A DNA stretch of 64,000 bases, from the IMG/VR virus record IMGVR_UViG_3300023184_000106, positions 3,722-67,721 of that record; one strand, given 5' to 3'. Below, one piece after another: positions 56,901 through 64,000 of the stretch. The first letter of the stretch is position 1, and the number at the start of each line of letters is the position of its first letter. The notes beneath the pieces are model-generated. The model was given only the letters and a program-made list of their open reading frames with translations, was not told the origin of the DNA and made no database searches. This DNA comes from a virus. A program made the position numbers and the translations under genes.

Positions 56901-59900
56901 CGGCAGATGCGGCGATGGACGCTGCTTTTTTTGCAGCGTTACCCATAGACTTTCCAGCATCAGAGTATGCTGTTCCAATATAATTTCCTGAAACTGATAA
57001 AGTTTGTTTTAATAATTTTGATCCATGGGAAACTGAAACTGAAAGGTTTTTAAAAGCAGATGCAATATCTGCTCCGTTCCCAATTTGTGCCATTCTTAAA
57101 GTGCTGATAACACTGCTTGCAGATGGTGTAAATCCTCCACTATACGCATTTCCAGACACACCTGCGCCACCGACATATGGTGTGCGAGAAACACTCATTT
57201 GTGAATTGCCAGATGAGGTGTATGATGATTCCGATGATCCTCTATACGAGGCGGCTCTTTCTGCTTTTGCTCTTACTTGTTCTGCTCTTGCAGCTGGGTT
57301 ACCCTTTTTACCGTATGAACGCTTACCGCTAGTAATTGGGCCACCATAGTTAAAACCAGGAACCTTGGAGTGCATATCATGATACTTTCTCCAATCAACC
57401 GATCTACCAGCCTCTAAGCGCTTAACCATTTTTTGATAAAGGGCTGCCTCAACTCTTGTTAATTTAAATGATTTTATAACCTGCTTAAGCTTAGGCAATA
57501 CCCTATTTATTTCCTCTATCATTAAATGATGATATTGATCTGGAGTCATCTTTCTTGCAATATCTGATGTAGCCATTGCAAAATCTTTTCGTGCTCCACC
57601 CTTTACTCCAAGTAGGTTAACGGTTGCTTGCTGCGCCATTGAAGGAAGATTAAAGTTATACTCTCTTTGTCCTGAAGCTCTTCCAAATACGCCGCCTGCG
57701 CCTTCATCTGCCATGTTATTGCCAAATACATTGCTTGAAGAAAGATCTTTATCATTACGGACTAATGATGCAACTAATTGCCTTATGTATTGTTTTTGTG
57801 TAAAGCTTCTTCCACCCTTTGCAAGCCTAGCATCGTATGGAGATTCAAGAACTATTACTTTTCTCTTACCTGCGGGATCTGTTGGATCAATCATTGTTCT
57901 AATTGTGTGCTTGGCTGTATTTAATCCGTTTGCACGTCGTGCTATTTCCGTAGCCCTGAGTGATGCAATAGCTGATCTTTCGTCTAGCTGTGGCTTAACA
58001 AATGATCTAGACCCATCTGGCTTTAGCCAAACTCCGCCTATTCCTTCTACTGGAAAGCTATGTCCTGTTGATTTGGTTTCAAGTGTTCCAAAATTAGTTG
58101 GCTTAATTCTTTTAAATCTGCTTGAAGATACCCTGGCTGAAATTTTATCCATGATCCCACCATTGAGGATGCTTGTGTTGTATGCCTGAATTTTTTCTCT
58201 AATCCAGGGGTACCTGGCCATGTTTTTTTCATGTTCTGCAGCGTACCTAGCCTGCTGAGCTACTCTAAAAGCTTCTAATCTTGGAGAGAGTCCGTATGAA
58301 GATCTATTTGCAGATATTGATCCCCCTGGGATTCCGCCACCCATGTTTCTCTTAAGGAACATTTTTGCCATAAGTTTAGCAAGAGCTTGTCTACTAGTGT
58401 TAAAAGATTTTCCGCTATATGTTCCAAGTAGACCTTTTGCCACAGAAGAAAGTTTGGATTTTTCAATTGAAGTTAAACCCGATGCACCTTTAATTAATGT
58501 TCGTAAAGCAACATTTGTTTTCTCGCCCCTTGGTCCGTAAGGTTGAAGTACGGAATTAAATAATGATTTAAATGATTTTGATCCGACTCTTATTGAGCTA
58601 AATGATCTAGAAGGAAGTATTTCTTTTTGAAACCATTGTTCAAAAGTTAAGTCTCCATTGTTTCCGCCAAATACTCTACCGTCTTTTTCAAGCTTACTTA
58701 TCATTTCCTTGAAGACTTTATTAAATTTATCTTGATTCCTTGGATCGCCACCAAGGTTATCGGATGCGGTCATCCATGGCTCAAAGGGGTGTCGTCCTGC
58801 TCTTATTGCTTTTTGAAATTCGTTTGCTAACTGAGGACCAGTCATTCCTCTGCCAGTTGAACGTGTTTCTTGATTAGCATCTGCCGTCATCCAAATTGGA
58901 ATTCCCTTGCCTACGCTTACAGTGTTCTTATAATTAACAAAGTTACCGAGAGAGTCTGTATAACCACTTTGAGATCTAACGTCTCTTATATCAGATGCTG
59001 AACCCATTGCTACATGACTTCTTTCAAATCTGGGAGTGCCATCTGCATTGTAACGAGATCGTGGGTTTTGTCTTCCGTACGATTTTAATCCTCTTTTAAT
59101 CTGCCCGCCAAAACTGTATCCATTATTTGCAGCATCTACTGCGGCATAAAGTTCAGGATCTTTTTCAATCTTTGGCCCAAATACTGTTTCTCCTGGAGTC
59201 AAGTTGGCAGTTATCTCTCCGCCACTGTTCAAGTATGTTTGTGGTGCCATCGCAACAAGGTCAGCATTTGCTGGGTCCATTGAGGCTTGCTGGTTTAAAA
59301 CATACCCTCCAACTGGAACATTCCCCAGTCTGTCATCATAATTAATTGATGTTGATCCGCTTACTGTTGTTTTATTTGCATGAAATCCTTCAATACGACC
59401 ACCCTCATAAAATCTTGGCAGTCTTGTTGTTTCTATTGAATAGGGTGCACCAAATGTTCTTACTCCACGTAGTCGCCCAAACTCTTCCATTACTGCACGG
59501 TTTGATTGCTTCTTGTATAAATCTCTAAGGGTAAATTGTCCATTAACATCAACAACTGGTTGATTCATTAATGGTGCTCTATTTAGGTTAAGTGTTCTTC
59601 CTCTGCTACCAGCAAATGATGTTAGCGCTGATCCCATCATTGTTTCAATTTCTGAATTAAGCGCCATGATTCTAGCTTTTGCTTGGTCTACAGTCATTTT
59701 CCCAGCTTTTAATTCAGCAACTATGGCAGCTGAACCAGCTGCTGCTTTATCAGTAAACATTGATGTAATTGGGAGAATGTCATCAAAAGTTCCAAGAAGT
59801 TCTGAGCTTACTGTTCCACCCAACGCAATAGTCTTTTTTAGTGACTCAACTTCTGCTTTTGTTTGCATTCCTAACGTGGCCATTAATGCGTGGAATCTTG

Positions 59901-62115
59901 CAGCTTCTCCAGAAACTATTCCTGTGGAGATACCCTTTACGGATGTGAGCCCTTCGTAATCTGGAAGTCTTTGATCCATATATACTTGCGGAGCTCTTTG
60001 AATTCCTCTATTAACTGGTATTGCTGCTGGAACAACTCCCATCAATGATGCTGGTCTTTGTGGATCCCTCGGAAGAATGTGAGCCATAGCTCTTGTATTT
60101 TCATCCCCAGATAATCTGTTTGTTGGATCTACTTCTCTTCTTATTGAAGCTGAACCAGACATTATTGCGCTTCCCTGCACTGTGGCCACACTAGGATTTA
60201 CTGGAACTGCTCCCTTTAACATTTGTGTATTTAAATTTGCATAGTCTGAAATTAATTTTTTCAGTGCTACATCTAAAACTTGTGCTGCAGCTGCATCTGA
60301 GTAGAACGATTTTTCAACTAGTTTTGCAGCTTTTTCTGCAGCTATTATTTCTGGAGTCAACATCTTCCATCCAGAAGCGCCCTTGAAAAATGCTCTTAGG
60401 TTAACGACACCTTTAATAATGTATCCAAAGAAGTTAGCAAGTACACCAGTTAACATAATAAGTGGACCAGCTACCGCTGTTAATCCTCCTAAAAATGTTA
60501 ATGCTTGTTTTAATGGCTTAGGAAGCATGTTAAAGAAATTAATAACCTTATCAATAACTCCAATTACAATTGTTCCTATTTTTAAAAACTGCTCTCCCAA
60601 TTGAGCCATATCGGCCTTGAGTCCTTCTATTGCTCGTTTATACTTTCCAGATGCAGATTCTGTAACTTGTGCTAACTCTCGACCTGCCACATTAGCTAAA
60701 TCTTGTGATGATGCTTTCATTAAATCCATAACCTGTAGTGTTTGCGAACCTTGCTTACCTAAATTTGCAAATAGAGCGTTCATTCTAGCAAATTGAAACT
60801 TACCAAATAACTGCTCTAAAGCTTGCTGCTTTTGAAGCGGATTAAGTTTTTCTAAGGCTTTTTGTAGTGATAAAAGTGTTGCTGTTACATCTCCTGCATT
60901 ATTTTGAACTATACCCATCAGATCAATGCCAAAACCTTTAAATCTATCTGTTGCAACTTTTGTTGGGTTAATAAGAGATGCAAGTCCTGACTTTAATGCG
61001 TTAGCGCCTTCTGATGCATTAATTCCACCTTCTCTCATTGCTGTTAGATATAAGGCAAGATCTTTTACGTCTCCACCTAGGCCTTGTATAATTGGTCCAG
61101 CTTTTGGAATAGCTTCTACAAGATCTTGTAGTGTTGTAGAAGTTTGGTTTTCAACTGCGTTCAAAAAATCAATAGATTTTGATAGTTCATCTGTATTTAA
61201 TTTAAATGCTGTTTGAAGTGATAATGTTGCTTTCATTGCATCTTGTCTATCAATTTCACCAAGTACCGCAAGTCTGGTAGTTTCTTTTACTGAGACAAGC
61301 AAATCATTTCCTTGCTTACCAGTTGCTGCAATATCTGCTGCTAATGAGATTGTATCTTTAAAATTAACACCCATAGCTTTTGATAGCGCTTTAGAAGTAT
61401 CAACAACTTCTTTTCTAATTTTAGATAAATCTTGTGCAGAAGATCCCGCAATATCTCCGTAAACCTTTGTTAATCTTACCAGTTCAGAGTCCGCCTCTCT
61501 AAATGCTTTAGCGGCTGCTACGCCAAACATTGTTAAAGGTACTGTTAATCCAACGGTAAGCTGTCTACCAGCCCACTGAGTATTCTTACCCCAGTTAACC
61601 ATTGCTGTAGATCCTTCAGATAATGTTTTATTCATTATCTGCAATTCCATTCTGGCTAGTGCAGCTTTATTTTTTACTAAGTCTAATCCTCTTGGCACAG
61701 CAACGTTAAACTGCATTAACCCCTGGGCATTTCGGCCAAGGGGTTGCAGGATTGCGTTTTGAAGCATTACTTGCTCTTTAGCAAGCTCTCTTATTAATCC
61801 ACCAGATGTTCTTGCGTGTGTCTGAAATACAGAAGAAAACTCTTTAAGTTTTAATCTTCCCGAGTCTAAGTTCTTGCCAAATTTTTCTACATCGGATGTT
61901 AAGTTAACAAAGTGTGATGAGAATAGTCCGCTTTTTACTAAGTTATCTGAAAATAAATTGTTAGATACTTTTGTAGCAGCAGCAATTGATTTGTTAGATG
62001 AAAGAAGTTCTCTTTGTAATTGCTGTAGACTTGCCGTGGCCCTGTGTACTTCAGACACAAGACTTGATAAGTCGGCTTTGGCGACTATACTGGTTACAAT
62101 TTGTTCATCAGCCAT
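53980..62115 (-). CDS. Tape measure protein with inserted globular cassettes
   Basis: 2711 aa; TP901-type N-terminal core (GRQLTVGLTVPL, EGANALKS, LEQLFGK), TM-like segments, VGDRGPELV near the C-terminus; follows the tail chaperones. Confidence 0.92.
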   Translation of the reverse strand: MADEQIVTSIVAKADLSSLVSEVHRATASLQQLQRELLSSNKSIAAATKVSNNLFSDNLVKSGLFSSHFVNLTSDVEKFGKNLDSGRLKLKEFSSVFQTHARTSGGLIRELAKEQVMLQNAILQPLGRNAQGLMQFNVAVPRGLDLVKNKAALARMELQIMNKTLSEGSTAMVNWGKNTQWAGRQLTVGLTVPLTMFGVAAAKAFREADSELVRLTKVYGDIAGSSAQDLSKIRKEVVDTSKALSKAMGVNFKDTISLAADIAATGKQGNDLLVSVKETTRLAVLGEIDRQDAMKATLSLQTAFKLNTDELSKSIDFLNAVENQTSTTLQDLVEAIPKAGPIIQGLGGDVKDLALYLTAMREGGINASEGANALKSGLASLINPTKVATDRFKGFGIDLMGIVQNNAGDVTATLLSLQKALEKLNPLQKQQALEQLFGKFQFARMNALFANLGKQGSQTLQVMDLMKASSQDLANVAGRELAQVTESASGKYKRAIEGLKADMAQLGEQFLKIGTIVIGVIDKVINFFNMLPKPLKQALTFLGGLTAVAGPLIMLTGVLANFFGYIIKGVVNLRAFFKGASGWKMLTPEIIAAEKAAKLVEKSFYSDAAAAQVLDVALKKLISDYANLNTQMLKGAVPVNPSVATVQGSAIMSGSASIRREVDPTNRLSGDENTRAMAHILPRDPQRPASLMGVVPAAIPVNRGIQRAPQVYMDQRLPDYEGLTSVKGISTGIVSGEAARFHALMATLGMQTKAEVESLKKTIALGGTVSSELLGTFDDILPITSMFTDKAAAGSAAIVAELKAGKMTVDQAKARIMALNSEIETMMGSALTSFAGSRGRTLNLNRAPLMNQPVVDVNGQFTLRDLYKKQSNRAVMEEFGRLRGVRTFGAPYSIETTRLPRFYEGGRIEGFHANKTTVSGSTSINYDDRLGNVPVGGYVLNQQASMDPANADLVAMAPQTYLNSGGEITANLTPGETVFGPKIEKDPELYAAVDAANNGYSFGGQIKRGLKSYGRQNPRSRYNADGTPRFERSHVAMGSASDIRDVRSQSGYTDSLGNFVNYKNTVSVGKGIPIWMTADANQETRSTGRGMTGPQLANEFQKAIRAGRHPFEPWMTASDNLGGDPRNQDKFNKVFKEMISKLEKDGRVFGGNNGDLTFEQWFQKEILPSRSFSSIRVGSKSFKSLFNSVLQPYGPRGEKTNVALRTLIKGASGLTSIEKSKLSSVAKGLLGTYSGKSFNTSRQALAKLMAKMFLKRNMGGGIPGGSISANRSSYGLSPRLEAFRVAQQARYAAEHEKNMARYPWIREKIQAYNTSILNGGIMDKISARVSSSRFKRIKPTNFGTLETKSTGHSFPVEGIGGVWLKPDGSRSFVKPQLDERSAIASLRATEIARRANGLNTAKHTIRTMIDPTDPAGKRKVIVLESPYDARLAKGGRSFTQKQYIRQLVASLVRNDKDLSSSNVFGNNMADEGAGGVFGRASGQREYNFNLPSMAQQATVNLLGVKGGARKDFAMATSDIARKMTPDQYHHLMIEEINRVLPKLKQVIKSFKLTRVEAALYQKMVKRLEAGRSVDWRKYHDMHSKVPGFNYGGPITSGKRSYGKKGNPAARAEQVRAKAERAASYRGSSESSYTSSGNSQMSVSRTPYVGGAGVSGNAYSGGFTPSASSVISTLRMAQIGNGADIASAFKNLSVSVSHGSKLLKQTLSVSGNYIGTAYSDAGKSMGNAAKKAASIAASAARQAEIQAKMGRSLLRNEAYQQHREAGTLNTQYKPNAITGPIGLTPWMSSQVEGVGTVESRKSGYLGFRKTQYQVDGQAITRQQAVQKGLVAPRGTMSGGAGMGTMMGGQMAGMALMQQNQNLGMGVMIGSSILPMMGPKLASGAKALATGVKGAATALRGGSFTAKAFVNVLTKFKFAGPIGAIITLGSAIYALKKHMDQLHQNTQLTFGMTEKGAEQAGIKYFKLADTMKLVSERQKAMFASAKGAYQGSSVPGLTLSITDLKKEKENAKKNLGEFVDTFSSVGQNNIIQTATNIKAQFLAAGMSVEEANKKIYASISVSKNASSAFAVLSDAGFMGITDKATAAKYSIESFTKVLDGSIKDSGFDDLKTATIEGISSVINSFSQYQNSLVGTKDEFGKIITAADAFRISMEKLSSVPGFTKGMGESAFSNLPPEFQAISNSADSIAGMLAKWQLYSSDIVVNFKEISSEAAIGLAAFNSAFGTAMNNLATAAGPSTTFSTMGKTLTGLKKIIDSNSQASARAAAQSQRNAEDEIKAINKKIKLIQDEADAKLKAMQKIQNAESYQLNSLQTQLEYQDAIARGDMAAAAQAQIKQQQLTKEYQMQLAQEAIRDDADKKAAAAQKKAEAVQASIDAAARKAAIAAEKSADAQAASTAITAFKGRYENLLQQKNDIQFLDPSKQGAATKTSNENLIALFAEIQKSGTGNTLLAKSVKDAFEKLNLFDKNGKPTPLKTTTPLLPGGVMGTTGINPTIAGTIASDIAAANKNADSIVKGIAGGMTIKELAAAMGYKVPGAKATPGLSVGTVTDSRNNKSYEVDIRQFQAAGITPKVGSTFTDKDGKTWKIMQPPTGDHDTTYGVVKAGYGIDKINPMVPTIVGDRGPELVFGNMVIPNMSDIPYSSPRFDVQQAQKFFEPTRNSGGGGVNITNYITAPEGMDIESLSNRVTMKTIKVIKDMEKNYSGQVGPGRSN

Positions 62116-62124
62116 TTATTACAA

Positions 62125-62493
62125 TTACTCCTTAGAGTACCCTAGTCCCATTCCTACTCCGAATCCAGCTTCTGCTGCGAATTGTCCTTGCAAACCAACA
62201 ACATCATCTGCTGATGAATTGATACCAAGGGCCCTTCGTTTAACATCTTCAAAGGATGGACCTGCACTTTCTACTTCTTCATCTAGGTTTACACCTTTTA
62301 ACGAAGCAGTAAACTTTCTCTGGTTATGTTCTTTATCATGCATTGATTTCAATGTAATGATAAGTTCTGGCATTGATAAATTTGTTTCTAACTCTTCGTA
62401 ATTCTTCCAATGTCCTAAAAGAAATACTTCACCCTCTAGAGCGGCTAAATCTAGTTCTGACCAGCCAGTACCGCTGCCGCTATGAGGTTTGGG
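62125..62493 (-). CDS. Tail assembly chaperone, frameshifted C-terminal part (gpT-like)
   Basis: The -1 frame is open from the slippery site through WSELDLAALEGEVFLLGHWKNYEELE to the stop at 62125. Confidence 0.75.
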   Translation of the reverse strand, partial: PKPHSGSGTGWSELDLAALEGEVFLLGHWKNYEELETNLSMPELIITLKSMHDKEHNQRKFTASLKGVNLDEEVESAGPSFEDVKRRALGINSSADDVVGLQGQFAAEAGFGVGMGLGYSKE

Positions 62494-62783
62494 TCGTCCA
62501 TCTTAATTCCTCCGCACACTTCCATGATGCGATTGATTGTTGGAACGTCTAGCGCATCTTCAAATGCATCTAGGTTTTTTGTTAACTCTGGTAGCTGTGT
62601 TTCAAGTGCAATCGCACATGCCTCTACCAATACACTTAGTGTTTGATCTTCTTCTGTTACGTTTTGCGTTTTCTGTACCACTACCATAAACTTTCTAAGT
62701 TGCTTAATAGAAAGCGGCTTAAGTAAAACTTTATCGCCATTCTGTAACTGAATTTCTTCTACATCGTAGATTTTTGTAGCCAA
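62451..62783 (-). CDS. Tail assembly chaperone (gpG-like)
   Basis: Between major tail and TMP genes; SD AAGGAGG, TTG start. Confidence 0.8.
   Translation of the reverse strand: MATKIYDVEEIQLQNGDKVLLKPLSIKQLRKFMVVVQKTQNVTEEDQTLSVLVEACAIALETQLPELTKNLDAFEDALDVPTINRIMEVCGGIKMDDPNLIAAAVLAGQN
62487..62493 (-). other. Programmed -1 ribosomal frameshift heptamer C CCA AAC
   Basis: X XXY YYZ pattern in the correct phase (GAC CCA AAC, D-P-N). Confidence 0.75.
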
Positions 62784-62841
62784 TTTAATATCCTCCTTTA
62801 GGATTATAATTATTATAACATATGGGGGTTACCATTACAAG

Positions 62842-62870
62842 AATAAAGCCCCCTAAAAGGGGGCTTTATT
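62842..62870 (-). terminator. Intrinsic terminator after the major tail gene
   Basis: AATAAAGCCCCC-N5-GGGGGCTTTATT. Confidence 0.85.
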
Positions 62871-62889
62871 ACTATTACTTAATTAATAA

Positions 62890-63621
62890 TTAAGCTGGTG
62901 TCCAAGAACGGTCAATTATCTTACCATATTCTGAACCTGCGTGAGCAGATAGACCTGATGGTAGAAGACGGAATGTTACTGGGAATGTTGTTGCTGCTGA
63001 ACGAGCCAAAGAGAACTGTGACTGTTGTACAGAAAGAACACGACGTGCATAATATACACGTTCTGTATGTGGGCCTACTACTGTTGGAGCTTGTCCAACC
63101 GCAATAAGCTGACGTTCTGTTGGAGCTTGTCCAAGTGCGCCTGCCTCAAGACCTAATTCATCAATTGTAGCACCATCTGTCAATGTGCCCTTGCCCTGGC
63201 CGAATACAATGAGAATATTCTCAAGTGTACCTTCTGCCATTTCTGTTGCAATCATAACTTCCATTGCTGACTTAAATAGCTTAGCTGTATCTAGCAGCTG
63301 ATCTACTGTAACTGAGTCATATGTTGGGTTATAAGTAATCTGAAGACCATTATTTGTGTAACCTACGTTGCGATATCCTGCTGCGGTTACACCACCATCT
63401 GCTACTGTTCCTGCATTAAGTGTATCTCTATATGATGCTGAAGTTGCAAAAGCTGGTACAAGTGTAGATGGCTTTGTGCTACCTACTGCTGCTGTACCTG
63501 CGTTTGCTTGTCCTGCTTCCATGCTATCATCGTATCCTACAGTTGTTGAGTCATCAACAGACAAGAATAGCGGTGATGCACCGACAAGAATGTTTTTAGC
63601 ATTTCCTATGTTTTGTGCCAT
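62890..63621 (-). CDS. Major tail (tube) protein
   Basis: NILVGA, VGYTNNGLQITY, VDQLLD, FPVTFRLLP; SD AGGAGG; synteny. Confidence 0.8.
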   Translation of the reverse strand: MAQNIGNAKNILVGASPLFLSVDDSTTVGYDDSMEAGQANAGTAAVGSTKPSTLVPAFATSASYRDTLNAGTVADGGVTAAGYRNVGYTNNGLQITYNPTYDSVTVDQLLDTAKLFKSAMEVMIATEMAEGTLENILIVFGQGKGTLTDGATIDELGLEAGALGQAPTERQLIAVGQAPTVVGPHTERVYYARRVLSVQQSQFSLARSAATTFPVTFRLLPSGLSAHAGSEYGKIIDRSWTPA

Positions 63622-63733
63622 TTGTTTTCCTCCTGTTTAAAAAAATATATATATTATTGTAAATCATTAAATCTTGGCTGGCTAGGCCCTTTCCTCTAGT
63701 CTAATTTTAGAGTATTTAGTCGCCTAAAGCAAA

Positions 63734-64000
63734 TCAGGCAAATTTGCCGTTGTTGTTAGTTATCCTAGAATATTTTATTTCTAGGACCAGGTCGCTTGCA
63801 TAAAACCCTTCCAGGTCCTCTGAGGGCTTGGTGGGGGAGATATCGGCAACTATGATACTGTGGAATTTAAACTTGTCTGAGAGGCCCGCCCAATCGTTTA
63901 TATCCCTAGCTGAGTCGTCCATCCTTCTAAATTCATCAGTCATAAAGTTTCTTATTTCAACTATATCTATCAAGTCTGTTGAATATATTGTAAATAATAT
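63734..64000 (-). CDS. Putative tail terminator/completion protein (5' end outside the window)
   Basis: Reading frame continues to the window edge; directly upstream of the major tail gene. Confidence 0.5.
   Translation of the reverse strand: MLFTIYSTDLIDIVEIRNFMTDEFRRMDDSARDINDWAGLSDKFKFHSIIVADISPTKPSEDLEGFYASDLVLEIKYSRITNNNGKFA

Noticed and set aside
54311-62401. Multiple plus-strand ORFs over the tape measure gene
   Set aside because: Antisense to a well-supported gene; no RBS or recognisable motifs
1-64000. Stop-codon reassignment or a diversity-generating retroelement
   Set aside because: Long genes are uninterrupted in the standard code and TAA, TAG and TGA all end genes; no reverse transcriptase or template/variable repeat pair was noticed

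Overview
The whole window is part of a large, AT-rich tailed dsDNA phage genome, siphovirus-like from its tail genes, with every credible gene on the minus strand. In transcription order (right to left) it carries: (1) a tail module with major tail protein, tail-assembly chaperones joined by a predicted -1 frameshift, a 2711-aa tape measure protein, and large tail and fibre proteins; (2) a replication/recombination module (phosphoesterase, DnaB, primase, SSB, DnaE, RecA, Cas4-like nuclease, RuvC-like resolvase); (3) terminase; (4) about 23 kb of accessory genes with two tRNAs. WhiB and pervasive leaderless promoters point to an actinobacterial host; a freshwater lineage is only my guess. The best candidates for new biology are: a tape measure protein carrying a kinase-like cassette bracketed by a repeated GG-x-I...SYG linker; an oxidative-enzyme island (cytochrome P450, 2OG-Fe(II) oxygenase, SDR, luciferase-like monooxygenase) around an operon of micro-peptides; a possible hydroxyproline-glycosylation and surface-decoration toolkit (GT60-like transferase, prolyl-hydroxylase-like enzymes, APS-kinase fusion, carbamoyltransferase, four SGNH-like proteins); and a stand-alone TipAS-like protein. 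All functional calls come from motif recognition by eye; no database searches were run.
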